Shown piece by piece: positions 13,260 to 26,038 of a DNA stretch of 47,533 nucleotides (position 1 is the first letter of the stretch; each line of letters opens with the position of its first letter). A program made the translations under genes and the position numbers. The notes beneath the pieces were generated by a model, which was not told where the DNA came from, did no database searches, and saw only the letters and a list, made by a program, of their open reading frames with translations. The stretch comes from Octopus bimaculoides (taxonomy: Eukaryota): positions 153,817,761 through 153,865,293 of the forward strand of contig NC_068983.1 in assembly GCF_001194135.2 (NCBI RefSeq). The letters are read 5' to 3'.

Positions 13260-13274
13260 GTTATTATTATTATA

Positions 13275-13337
<63 letters not shown>

Positions 13338-13520
13338 TTTATCATTAGTAGTAGTAGTAGTGGTAGTAGTAGTAGTAATAGTAGTATTAGTAGTATTATC
13401 ATTATTAGTAGTGGTGGTGGTGGTGGTAATAGTAGTAGTAGTTGTAGTAATAGTAGTAGTAGGAGGAGGAGGAGGAGGAGGAGGAGGATGACGTGGAAGG
13501 GGAGGAGAGGGAGGAGAAAT
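13260..13520. repeat. Compound (TTA)n/(TAG)n/(GGT)n/(GGA)n microsatellite
   Basis: Successive trinucleotide runs; explains the poly-P/T/N ORF at 13188-13541. Confidence 0.95.
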
Positions 13521-13583
13521 CGTTATTGGTATATATTTCAATTATTTTGCTGGTGGTATTGCCATTACTGTTGACACTCATAT

Positions 13584-13965
13584 ATACGTCTGACCGTTAA
13601 GTATCTGGAATGTTGCGATGGTAGCACAGTAAAAGATGCAGAGTAAAGCCGCCTGCAACAGATTGACCTTGAAATCCGCTGTGCATGCGCACTAAGTTTG
13701 AAGGTTCTATCTCACTTCCGCTGTTTACAGCTGTGAATGCAAGGAAGGTGTGTAGCGTGTAATCGTCGCATTTACCATGACAGACAAAGTTCTTATGGCG
13801 ATACCTGCTCAGAGGCCTGCGCAAAATTGCAGAATGTGTATGGAGAGGAGTGTATCAGATGCACACAAGTGTACGAGAGGGTCAGACATTTCGAAGATGG
13901 CCGAGAAAAATGTCGATAGTAACGAATGTTTTCGGACAACCAGTAGAAATGCAGAAATGCAATAT
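13584..13965 (+). mobile_element. Mariner 5' fragment (terminal region plus HTH-coding part)
   Basis: ATGACAGACAAAGTT start, a short deletion, then GDTCSEACAKLQNVYGEECIRCTQVYERVRHFEDGR..NVDSNE, matching the mariner N-terminal HTH pattern (YGEECMSR..V.EW..RF.EGR). Confidence 0.7.
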
Positions 13966-14274
13966 TAAAGAATATAATGAGATATTTGAGTGGTATATAA
14001 TTTCAGAATATATATTCAAATTATATGTAAGATATAACTGACTTTAGTGTATTTGGTAATTGTAAAATAAAATCTGGTATAATATTTTCATTTCTGTGAT
14101 AACATTTTTAATAATACTTTAAGACTGGCTTTGAAAATGTGTGCATGCGAATGCAATTTAAAAACATTTTTAGGGGAGAATTTATATATAATATAATCTC
14201 AGTAATTTATATTTCTCATCAAATTATTTGTTAGTAATGTCTTTCTAATCATGTTAATATATAGCAAACTCTAA

Positions 14275-14478
14275 GACGGTGAGTTGGCTAAAAACGTTAA
14301 CATGCATGACACTCCGTCCGTTTTTACGGTCTAAGTTACAATTTTGCCTAGGTCGACTTCACGTTTTTTTCCTTTCGGAGTCAATAAAATAAATACCATT
14401 TGGGCACTGGGAGTCGATGTAATCAACTTAACCCCTCACAGGAAGAAGCTTGCTGACCTTGCCAAAATCTGAAACCAA
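14275..14478 (+). mobile_element. tRNA-derived SINE (octopus-type), diverged
   Basis: GACGGTGAGTTGGC (box A-like), AAGTTACAATT (box B-like), core CCTTTCGGAGTCAATAAAATAAATACCA..GTCGATGTAATC and 3' AAAATCTGAAACC. Homologous to the minus-strand copies at 46818-47430. Confidence 0.8.
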
Positions 14479-14887
14479 TATATAGCAAACGCATGTAAAT
14501 GTACAGTCACGCAACACAAATATTACGATCGATCCCTGTAGAAATTCAAAGAAACATTTCATCAAATAAACAGGTAAAATGTTATTCAAATTAATAGTAC
14601 TTTTAAGTAATAATCAAGATATGGTGGCAATCCCCTTTTTACACAGTGATAATGGAAATGTTAAACGGAAAACATAACAATATATTAAATAATTTTCGTG
14701 TCAAATAATTTCTATATTGGATGGAATAGATATAAACTTGACTGTTGAATGGGGTCACGCTTCGTTCGCACTAAACTGTTTCAAGACACAATTAGTCTGT
14801 AAAAGTGGTCAATGAACCTTCAAACCATTTTCAAATTTGTGATACAGACTTTGTACCTTGTATCTGTGTATTGTACATAACATGAAA

Positions 14888-14888
14888 G

Positions 14889-14962
<74 letters not shown>
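14888..14962. repeat. (GA)n microsatellite
   Basis: GA run. Confidence 0.97.
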
Positions 14963-14967
<5 letters not shown>

Positions 14968-16149
14968 AAGTTGCCTGGTGGTCATAAGATTTCGTAGTTG
15001 GACGAGTAAGAGCTATATGCCTGGACACATTATATTGTCTTCTGTATAATAGTGAAGTTACCAAATTGTTTTAGCTATTCTGGCATTTAAATTAATTGCC
15101 AGCTCTATATCGGAATCTCTGCTTCTATCTATATAAATGTGTGTGCATATGTGTGTTTGCACGCGAATCTACTCTTGATAATGAACTGATTATCAAGTTT
15201 GAATTTATCAACACCATAACGTGATGTCTTTATGAATATGTGTGAACTTACTAGACAACTGCAGCACAATTCATTGTCAAAAGACCTAGAATGAATGGAT
15301 TATTGTATTATAGTCACCATAGCACATTTTCCGCAATTTTAAGCTCCATGTCGTGTAGACAATCATCAAGTAATATATAGTAAAATAAATATAAATACCT
15401 ACAAAATTATGTTTGGCATGCGGGGTCCCAAGATAACTTGTGACACTGATTGGTACAATCTATAATTGACAGATGCTGGACGTGTACTTCGCAGCTAAAA
15501 TCTCTGTCAGCCTTTATAATAACTGGACGTGTTCTTTACAGTTGCAAGCTTCGACGAGCTGAAGATACACAGATGCAATTACAATCCAACTGTGCAACGG
15601 AGATCCCTTTTCAAAATAACTTTAAAATCTCGAATATCTACAATTTAAATTTGCTATTGAAAATTCTAAGAGAATACGAGTAGACATAGATAGTGGTTTT
15701 AAAATCTCTCTAAAGTATATCTATCAATTATTATAGATAGAATATCTAATATATTCTAATATATAGCAGTCGAAACTGTCATTTATTAAAATAATATTTT
15801 AGGAAAAATGGTAGGTTTAAATCAGTCCACTAGAGAAGTAAAATCTACAATATAACAAATGTAAAAAAATCATCAATATCTGCTTTAAATTACCTTTCAA
15901 GAAAACAGAATAATCAACAGTTGTTGAAGCCACCCCAGCCATGCTTATCGGTTATAGTTATTAAACATCGAGAGGCATTCCCATTTGGTGTATTACAGCG
16001 ACATGAAAACTATTGTTAGCATAATAATGTGTAAACGTCAACATACAGAAAATCGAATATAAGTGCGAGACAAGCAAAATGTTCTCTTAATAACACACAT
16101 GAAAATTGATCTGAAAAAGGCCAGACCTCAAATGTTTAACACTACATAC

Positions 16150-17280
16150 TTGAAGATTGTTGCTGGAGACTCTGACAGAACTGTCAATTTTTTACAGAAT
16201 GCTAATTTCTTGAGCACCAGCTACAGATTTGTTGTGATTGAATTGAGGTTGCGACTACAATTCAAGCAGCTGAAGGCAGCCAGACCCTCACTGGATACTG
16301 ACAGACTGAAAGACAACAGTGTAAGCAAGAGTGATTCGCAGCAACTTGGATATGTTATCTTGGGCTGGATCTACCTATGATCCTGTGGATAAGTGGGAAA
16401 CGTACAAAGAAGCCCTGTTGCTGACTGCTCGGGAAGTGTATTAGTTTCAAAAATCGGTCAAGTCTGTCAACATTGTGTAGTGTAGCGCCAGGTCAAGAAT
16501 GATCGGAGACCCTGGTTATTTTCATCGGGGTTGAGATGTGGGTTAATCAGAGTACTGAGGTCCGACAGGGAAAATCAAGTCTGCAAGGTGGTCAACAATT
16601 ACCTTCATGCGTCTACCTCACGTACTGCCTACAGATGAATCGCTATGCACAGTGGGTGAAGCTTCCTCTCGTGTATACTGGAGTCTTGAATCTGATGGCG
16701 CACTACTGATGGAGGAGCTGAACGTGGTGGCTCCCTTGCTGTGCATGCACTTCGAGGAGTTGTTTAAGGTAGACCCACCTAGTTCTGATCACAATACCAT
16801 GACACCTTCAGCACTGATGACAGACAAGCTACTTGTGAACTGTGATCTACTGTCCAAACGTGAGGTTCGTACGGTGGGAAATCAAGTGAAGAGCAAGAAG
16901 GCGGCCGATGCTTGTGACATCCGTGGAAAGATGATCAAGAAAGATGGCTTGCTGCAGTCTTCTTCTGGCGGCGGATTATCTGCTGAATCCGAAGCAGTAG
17001 CATCATATCGCCTCACTGGAAGTTGGCTATAAGTATCTCACTCTGAAAATATAACTGCAACAATCGGGCTGCTACTATGCACTCACTCGACAGTACGTTC
17101 TTTGTTACGGTCTTCCTGAACCGAGTGCTAAATCATCTCTTTGCGTACTCATAGAAAACAAGCGGAGCTTTCGGCAGGGGATGCTTGCAGCCTATGTCAC
17201 GACCCCCGGAATGTATTTGACTTGGTGGATTGGGATGTGCTTCGGCGAATTCTGGATGTGACGTATATCTCCTCAACACA
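16150..17280 (+). mobile_element. RTE-clade LINE ORF2 relic (end of APE domain to start of RT)
   Basis: ANFLSTSYRFVVIELRL (TDHRLVV-like), AARPSLDTDRLKD, PVDKWETYKEALL, HFEELFKVDPP, NQVKSKKAADACDIRGKMIKKDG (KAAG..GI..EMLK.GG), FRQGMLAAYV..VFDLVDWDVLRRIL. Frameshifted. Confidence 0.85.
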
Positions 17281-17300
17281 ATGTGCTTATGTATGTATAT

Positions 17301-17772
17301 ACGTTGACGTTGATTAATAAGCCATAACTTTAAATTCTTTCTTGAATATGATAGGAAACACCGAGGTGATTATGATAACGAACAAGTACTTTAAAGTTAA
17401 ATTATACTTTATAACTATTTGGTTTTGTGAGACAGTGTATTGTAAATCTCTGCTTAATCTACTATTTATGTCAGAATAGTCAGAACAGTTCGGATTGCGG
17501 CTCAACATCTGACGTACTCCTAGTGAAATCTGGGGTCCGTCAGGAATGTGTTCAATGCTTGCACAGATTGGATATTTGACCGAACGTGATCTATCTGCTA
17601 GATGTAAATAGTAGATTAAACAGAGATTTACGATACATTGTATCGGAAAAACAAATAGTTATAATGAATGTTTTAACTTTAAAATACTTGTTCGTTATTA
17701 TAACCAACTCAACGTTTCCTATGCAATTCAAGAACGAATTTACTGTTACGCCTTATTAATCAACGTCGATGT
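17301..17772. mobile_element. Long-TIR fold-back element (MULE/MITE-like) enclosing an RTE RT fragment
   Basis: Arms 17301-17468 and 17605-17772 are reverse complements at roughly 80% identity by eye. The interior encodes CGSTSDVLLVKSGVRQECV..NACTDWIFDR. The MULE assignment is inference from TIR length. Confidence 0.8.
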
Positions 17773-17898
17773 TTATACATATATACAAATATGCATACGA
17801 TGTAGTGTATATCATTATATGTATATGTGTGTTTATGTGTATGTATTATATGAATGAATGTATCATATACAGTATATATATAGTTATATATATATATA

Positions 17899-18753
17899 NN
17901 NNNNNNNNNNNNNNNNNNNNNNNNNNNNNNNNNNNNNNNNNNNNNNNNNNNNNNNNNNNNNNNNNNNNNNNNNNNNNNNNNNNNNNNNNNNNNNNNNNNN
18001 NNNNNNNNNNNNNNNNNNNNNNNNNNNNNNNNNNNNNNNNNNNNNNNNNNNNNNNNNNNNNNNNNNNNNNNNNNNNNNNNNNNNNNNNNNNNNNNNNNNN
18101 NNNNNNNNNNNNNNNNNNNNNNNNNNNNNNNNNNNNNNNNNNNNNNNNNNNNNNNNNNNNNNNNNNNNNNNNNNNNNNNNNNNNNNNNNNNNNNNNNNNN
18201 NNNNNNNNNNNNNNNNNNNNNNNNNNNNNNNNNNNNNNNNNNNNNNNNNNNNNNNNNNNNNNNNNNNNNNNNNNNNNNNNNNNNNNNNNNNNNNNNNNNN
18301 NNNNNNNNNNNNNNNNNNNNNNNNNNNNNNNNNNNNNNNNNNNNNNNNNNNNNNNNNNNNNNNNNNNNNNNNNNNNNNNNNNNNNNNNNNNNNNNNNNNN
18401 NNNNNNNNNNNNNNNNNNNNNNNNNNNNNNNNNNNNNNNNNNNNNNNNNNNNNNNNNNNNNNNNNNNNNNNNNNNNNNNNNNNNNNNNNNNNNNNNNNNN
18501 NNNNNNNNNNNNNNNNNNNNNNNNNNNNNNNNNNNNNNNNNNNNNNNNNNNNNNNNNNNNNNNNNNNNNNNNNNNNNNNNNNNNNNNNNNNNNNNNNNNN
18601 NNNNNNNNNNNNNNNNNNNNNNNNNNNNNNNNNNNNNNNNNNNNNNNNNNNNNNNNNNNNNNNNNNNNNNNNNNNNNNNNNNNNNNNNNNNNNNNNNNNN
18701 NNNNNNNNNNNNNNNNNNNNNNNNNNNNNNNNNNNNNNNNNNNNNNNNNNNNN
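17899..18753. other. Assembly gap (N run)
   Basis: N bases flanked by (TA)n. Confidence 0.99.
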
Positions 18754-18877
18754 TATATATATATATATATATATACTGTATATGATACATTCATTCATAT
18801 AATACATACACATAAACACACATATATATATATATATAAACACATAAACACACATATATATATATATATATATATAT

Positions 18878-19296
18878 CGTGATGTATATTTGTCACCTAA
18901 ATGTGGCTAACCTTTAAGGGTTGACGCTACTGTAGCCTGTAGCATCAGGAAGACGTCTCCTCCAGCTGGCTATTAACACACCATCTGTGCCCTATCAGTA
19001 TTTGCAAAGGGAAGTAATCGTTCCCACCTCCAGTCTGACTTGATACAGAGGGACTCGAGTTTCTGGGTATTGAGCTGTCATCAGCGTGTGACAACCGCAG
19101 GTTGGCTGCGGGAAATGGTTCTCAATGCAAATATACATACGTTTATACTCTTTCTAGTGACGAAAAGTCACTGATCCCGAAACAAGGGACAGAAAAGTCA
19201 ATAACCAAATTGGGGAGATGTCTTCCTGGGGCTACAAGCTACAGTAGCATCAAACCTTAAGGGTTCGCCACATTCAGTTGGCAAATATACTTAACG
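18878..19296. mobile_element. MITE with ~95-100 bp TIRs
   Basis: Left arm GTATATTTGTCACCTAAATGTGGCTAACCTTTAAGGGTTGACGCTACTGTAGCCTGTAGCATCAGGAAGACGTCTCC matches the reverse complement of ~19197-19290. No coding capacity. Confidence 0.85.
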
Positions 19297-19498
19297 AATT
19301 CGTGCGGCTACTGTTTATACCTCTCTCAGAGATTTACTATTGCTTATATATATGATATAGCTATATGTAAAACAATATGATGGATGCCGGTGAGAAGTGG
19401 GTGCTTAAATGGGATGTAGTCACTCATCAAGTAAAAAAATGCTTAAGAAACAGCTGTAATGAACTGACATTTATCCATCGTGTGTTATTTTTTGCTAC

Positions 19499-19535
<37 letters not shown>

Positions 19536-19659
19536 TATATACGTGTCTGATGCGTGCATGCGTGCGTGCGCACGTCTGTGCGGGAGTGGGTGATTTCGTG
19601 TGTGTGTTTGCGATTTTGTGTGATTGTCGATAAAATAAAATGGCAACTAAGTACTTGCG

Positions 19660-19731
19660 TTGATCAAGCGATTTACTTTCTCCACCACAATTGCTGGCAT
19701 TGTGCCAACATTTGAAACCAATACCTGGTCA
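19660..19731 (+). mobile_element. SINE 3' fragment
   Basis: AATTGCTGGCATTGTGCCAACATTTGAAACC matches the 3' end of the SINE at 14275. Confidence 0.55.
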
Positions 19732-20278
19732 TTTTATTTAATCATTTCTTGAGATCAAAGGATAACCGGTGTGTAAAGACACACTCATCAGCTGCTGTAA
19801 TAACATGTTTACCAGCCGTTCGATATTAGGTAGTTTTATTTCCTGCATGAAAGATCGATATTGCACAGATAATATCAACATTATCACATGCGCTTTCGCG
19901 ACCTGATTACGGAACGAAATTACCCTTAGAGCTGTGGAGTTAAGATACACAATAATTAACGTGTATAAATGGGTGAATGCGAATTAACGTGTAAGTTGAC
20001 TAAAAATGTCGAATATCAAGTCTAGTAAGACTAATTGGATTATAATAAGAATCACTCACGCACAAGTATATCGGAACAGAAATTAAATACTTACCGTCAA
20101 CATCAGGATTATAGTTCAGCTATGATTCTTTCATTAGACAGTGATGTTTATTCGATTGACGGAAACCACAGAAATAAACTAAATCTTTATGGATGCTTGT
20201 AATCACGTAGTTTAATGATATATATGTGTGTGCGTATATTTGTGAGCGACTATCTGCAATTATGCACACACACACACT

Positions 20279-20325
<47 letters not shown>

Positions 20326-22039
20326 ATCTTTTAAAAACTGTAACGTAATTAATAATTAATTATAATCATCTGGTATATGCATACACCACAAAATATATAA
20401 ATACTAGTATCAATACAGAAAATATATTATGCTATAGTTCCCTAAAATCTTTGCTGAAAATTACTCAGATTAATTAGTTCGGAATAAAATTTTTATTGAC
20501 TATTCCTGAAAATGACGTTGCCAAACTATCAAATTATGGAAAAGTTTAAACATATATGTTAGAAGAATACATACTTACAAATAACAAGGAAAAATTACAA
20601 TTTATTGATCACAACACGTTTGATGGAGATGTGTACATTGCACGGATTTTTCGTGCATTAATAAGAGTCTAAATGTGACTGCAAACGAGTACTTTATTAG
20701 TGCGCATGACTTCATTGTGTATGGTCATGCGCCTAAGAGCAAGATGTCTATGCATATTAATTTTTGCCCATTCCCTGAAAGATATCATAACGTACTAAAA
20801 CAACTTATCGTATCACAAGTGTTAATACGAAAATATTACTTCTTTTGGCTGCAATTATTAATATCTAAAAGTTGATATTACACAGAGATTATATATTAAA
20901 ATATTGATTAATTTTATTATGTTTGCTGTTTTAAAGATTAAAAAGAACCAAAATGAGTATATAAATAATCAAATAACAATTGCGAATGTGAAAAAGTGTT
21001 CAACCACACAAGCCTACAATATTTTGAGCTAATAATGTAACCTATATGCTACCATTGCAGCTGCTACTAACAGAGGCCAAATTCCCTTCAGTTACATTCT
21101 AATATATAGAAGTGATTGATATTGATGTACGTAATCATAGATATAACAATGTCATTTATGGTAGAGACAAATTTGGGACGCCATTGTTCATACGTCAACC
21201 AAAGCACGACTGAGTCGGACATGGGCTAAACAACGACTTTGTCTGAATGCAGTTGAGCGTAACCTCTACTTATAGGTAAATCAATCAATAACGTTTTACA
21301 AGACAATAGTTCAACAGTGTAGCTGGGCTCTAATTTTATAGAACTACGTTGAACTATGATCATATAACAATTTATAAGACCTAAAATTCAGCATTTGTTA
21401 ACAAAATTAACTTCCCCCACCTTAATCAATGTTTCCAATTTCTTAAACATTACAAAAGTTTATATTTCAAGAATTTCTGTGCTTATGTTTCCTCCACATT
21501 TGTTGTTCTAAGTGGGCTTGAAATGTTTTAACTCAGGTGGTAAATAGTCGATAGTTTCTAGGAAACAGGCTGAAGAAGATATTGCGATTTCCGCTAGAAT
21601 TCAATTTGCTTTTCAGAATGATTGAAATAATAACACTCTAAATTATTTGTTATAAACACTTCACTCCTCGAACGCACTTTGACAAAACTAAGATTTCCGC
21701 ACCATTTCTAGATTCAGCAAGAAATATTAGAACATTGGTTGGTTAAATGTACGAAATGTTATTAAGAATTTCATATCCCCTGATCATAGAAAACGAAAAT
21801 GTTATAGCACGGCGTTGTGTTCTCGTGTGAATGGATTTAATATTAAATAAAGAAATGAAGGTAAAATTTGTTATTCAGTGATTGTTTCAATAAAGGATTA
21901 TTTTTATGTATTTTATGTATGGAAATTCATTTTACGCTTGATATTAAAAATTCGTTTCTTATATTGTTTCCTATTAATTTAACATATGTTATTTCCTGTA
22001 TGGATACATGAAGATAGAAATTATATATACTAGAAATGT

Positions 22040-22260
22040 ATATATGTATATAAGTATTTATATGTGCATATATATGTATATACATAGGTATATTTATATA
22101 TATATTGCATATACATGAGTAGAAACTCACAAACAGATATCTCTATACAAACATACACGCACATATATGTGTATGTATATACATATATATAAATATATAT
22201 ACGCACACACATATATGTATGTATATTATATGCACGTGTGTGCATACATATCTACGAAAT

Positions 22261-22301
<41 letters not shown>

Positions 22302-22343
22302 NNNNNNNNNNNNNNNNNNNNNNNNNNNNNNNNNNNNNNNNNN

Positions 22344-22381
<38 letters not shown>

Positions 22382-22522
22382 CGTGTGCGTGTGTGTGTGT
22401 GTGCGCGCGTATGTGTGTGCGTGCATATTTATGTATATAAATGTATGTACGTGTGAGGTTTATGTATACATTTATATATATATGTATATATACATATAAA
22501 TACACACACACGCACACACACA

Positions 22523-22589
<67 letters not shown>

Positions 22590-22620
22590 CGAGAGAGAGA
22601 GAGAGAAAGAGTGGGAGAGA
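22040..22620. repeat. Compound AT/GT/AC/GA microsatellite tract with small gap (22302-22343)
   Basis: Dinucleotide runs around an N run. Confidence 0.95.
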
Positions 22621-25482
22621 GTAATATAAGCATATATGTTTCTGCGTCTGTTTTTATTTTTATAAATATACTTATGTATGATAGATAGCCTCTTGTACCC
22701 AGGGACACTTATCTTGATTATTAAATGGATTCCTCTATAAATGTTGTGAACAATCGAAAACCGTTACTTACATTCATTTATTAACGTAAGAGTCCTCACA
22801 TACACTTTCTATTTATCCGGAATGATTAGTTGACAATTTGTGACAAATTATCAAGTGTAATTAATTATATAAGTTCTGGCACTAAGAAACCGTTCAGGCT
22901 TATCAACCTATCTATCCCGATACAGTGCTCAGTGATTATATATTTGTAACTTTTTTTCGAGAGACATCGAACAATAAAATCTACATCCTTTTTTTTTTTA
23001 TTCATATATCTTCCTAGAATGATACAGTATTTTACGAATCATTGTTCCCTGCTTCTGTAAGTAGATTTCATTCTCTATCCTTCATTGTTTCCTCCTACTG
23101 AAAAAGTTGGCATTCAGAAATATGAATATATAAGTGAATCTGACAGTAGTTCCATTCCCCTATAGAATAATTATTGGAAACGTTATCAACAAAATGAAAC
23201 TCACTAATGAATTGTTATTGTGACTTTACAACCGGCACTACACAAGTAAGTTGTGAAGAGAGTCAATTAAGTAATCATAACTGCTTGACATAAAGATTAT
23301 CCTTGAAAAATAATGCATGAAATAAAAAAAACAACTCATATTTATATATAGCAAAATTAATGATGTGGTCACACTAAAGTTGCATATGTAAAACTTTAGC
23401 TATGCTATCTAAAAATTCCGACTAGGCTATATCATCTCTCGTATAACTAGTAAATATACATAGATTGAGAACCTATTCTTTGTAGGTGTTAAGGAACTCG
23501 GTCATAGATATTGTACATCGCGGAATTGGAATATGAACCAGTAATCCTTTAATCAGTTAGGATGCACGTTAGCAGCTCGCTTGACAAGATTTCAAAAAAT
23601 CGTGATCTTATCAGAATATTTAACTTTCTCGTCACCTTTTGGCATTAATCGTATGAATATCAAGAACAGAAAAGGCTTTTGACCGAATACTAGGACGTTT
23701 ATTTCATTTATTTATTCATGTTTGTATTATTTTATAATCATATAAAGAACGAATGACATTTCTCTTCCATACGAAATATTTAAACAAAATCTTTATAATA
23801 CACTCTGCAAATTCCATATCAATATAAAAGACACTTTTCATTAAGCATTCAACAGTAATCTTCTAGTACAATGGTGTCACATTTGCTGGATTTATAATGT
23901 TTGTACTCGCCCTGAATCAAACGCATAAAAATAAAGACAAAAAAAAACTTTGGTTATATGACATTAAAGTTTGAACACATACACGCACAGATACACACAC
24001 AATCACACAACATAGAAACAAAATATAATGTAACTGGATAACACAGACGAATAAAAAAATACGAAGCCTAAAAAACTTCAGAATTTCCAAATACCATTTT
24101 TTCATGAACCTAACTTTTCTACGCATTAACCCAACATTAATATTCAGAAAATGTGAGCAGCATTTTTTTTGAAAGTAATCTCTGCGCAAATATTGTAACA
24201 AATGAATAACCAACAGAGCATTATTTCTTACTGACTAAACAACGAGAGACGAGAAAGCGAGTTCTCTGTTTTTAATGCGAGTTATTCGTGCATTATGCAA
24301 ACTTATGAAATCAATGCATGGCAAATAATGCTTTTCTCTCTATTGCGACTTTTCTCGCTTTAAATCTTTATTATCCACCCAAAATTCTTTATCTATTTTC
24401 TGTTTTTATATTTCTCGTCCTTATGTTTCTCTCTCACACTACATATTATATCGTTCCCTCAATATATTTATTTCAGAATCATTATTTATTACTTTATCTG
24501 TATACTTATAATTTTGTTTGCGTATAAATGTATCTAATTATCTCTATTACTTTCAGTTAACTTCCTGGAAATAAAAGAGTTGGCATCGCAAATATAGGTG
24601 GCATGAGTGGGAATGAGAATTGTATAGCACATGGATTACATTATATTGCATTTTAAACATATATTAAGCGTAGTTTTTTGTATATTTGTTCATGGTGTCT
24701 CACTTCTATTTCGTTTTGTTTTAGTTGCTGTTGAAAATTTCGGAAAGAGGGAGTATATATTTTTCAGATCAGTACATTTATATTTGTGCGTGTAGAGAGA
24801 GACAGAAATATATATATATATATATACATATGTATATATATGCCTGTGTCCATCATGAAAATTAATACTGTCTAAACAAAATAGGACATTTGACCGTTTC
24901 AATATATATCCGTATTTAGTATTCATAATATATTAATATTTTGAAATTATATTGATTATTCATGCTGGAAATTTCGAAAATTGAATACTTTTATGTGTGG
25001 GGAAGGAACTATGTTGTAGATATACTCAGACATATTGCAAGTAAGTTTTAATCGCATCATTACTCAGTAAAAATTTGTAGGTCTAGACCACGTAGGAGAA
25101 AACAGATACACTTAGAGGTTAATACGCTATATATGATGATCGTTTTATTGACTACATTATGGTATTGTCGAATAACTCTAAATCTATTTAGGGTTGGACT
25201 GAAGTTCAACTTTTATTCTAGATTTAGCATAAAGCATATTTGCCGGTTCACGCCTGAGCAACTCATCAGGATTTGGTTTAAAGGATATATGGAAAATGAA
25301 AAAAATATGACTTTTTTTAATTATCGTCTATCAAAATATTCTCTTTAAACTTCAGCCATATGAATCAAACTAGTCTTTATGAGCACGTGAACATAACAGC
25401 CATACACCTCACTTCACTATCTAACATGCTCCCCTAAGAGCGATTCACTCATGGACATAGTTACATATTCATATACATATAC

Positions 25483-25525
<43 letters not shown>

Positions 25526-25780
25526 NNNNNNNNNNNNNNNNNNNNNNNNNNNNNNNNNNNNNNNNNNNNNNNNNNNNNNNNNNNNNNNNNNNNNNNNNNN
25601 NNNNNNNNNNNNNNNNNNNNNNNNNNNNNNNNNNNNNNNNNNNNNNNNNNNNNNNNNNNNNNNNNNNNNNNNNNNNNNNNNNNNNNNNNNNNNNNNNNNN
25701 NNNNNNNNNNNNNNNNNNNNNNNNNNNNNNNNNNNNNNNNNNNNNNNNNNNNNNNNNNNNNNNNNNNNNNNNNNNNNNNN
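25526..25780. other. Assembly gap (N run)
   Basis: N bases; (TA)n on the left. Confidence 0.99.
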
Positions 25781-25910
25781 TATAACAAAAAAAAAACGTT
25801 ACTCTGAGTTTCACGGTCCCGTTCATCGAACAGTTTTGTTAGATTTTTCTAGCAAAACTGTCCGATGAACGGGAACGTGAAACTCAGAGTAACGGTTTTT
25901 TTTTGTTATA
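25781..25910. repeat. 130-bp palindrome (63-bp arms, 4 mismatches, 4-nt loop)
   Basis: 25781-25843 is the reverse complement of 25848-25910; loop TTTT. Followed by a ~95-bp tail and then (TA)n. Confidence 0.95.
25854..25899 (+). ncRNA. Putative minimal type I hammerhead ribozyme (core variant CCGAUGA)
   Basis: Stem I AAAACTGT/ACGGTTTT; core CCGATGA (25862-25868); stem II ACG-GGAA-CGT; GAA; stem III ACT-CAG-AGT; cleavage triplet GUA with the predicted cut after 25891. Folded by eye only. Confidence 0.65.
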
Positions 25911-26004
25911 TTTCTGCTGCCTTTAAATAAAGCATATTACTCTACCTCTGGTATTTGAGTACTCTTTTTTCCACCTTGTTGCACATTTCATGTGCTTACT
26001 CCGG

Positions 26005-26038
<34 letters not shown>

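Noticed and set aside
13188-13541. Poly-Pro/Thr/Asn ORF resembling a mucin or extensin
   Set aside because: Entirely compound trinucleotide microsatellite, with no unique coding flanks.
21180-21245. GAGTCGGACATGGGCTAAACAAC resembling an RTE/BovB 3' tail
   Set aside because: Short match with no upstream RT homology seen.
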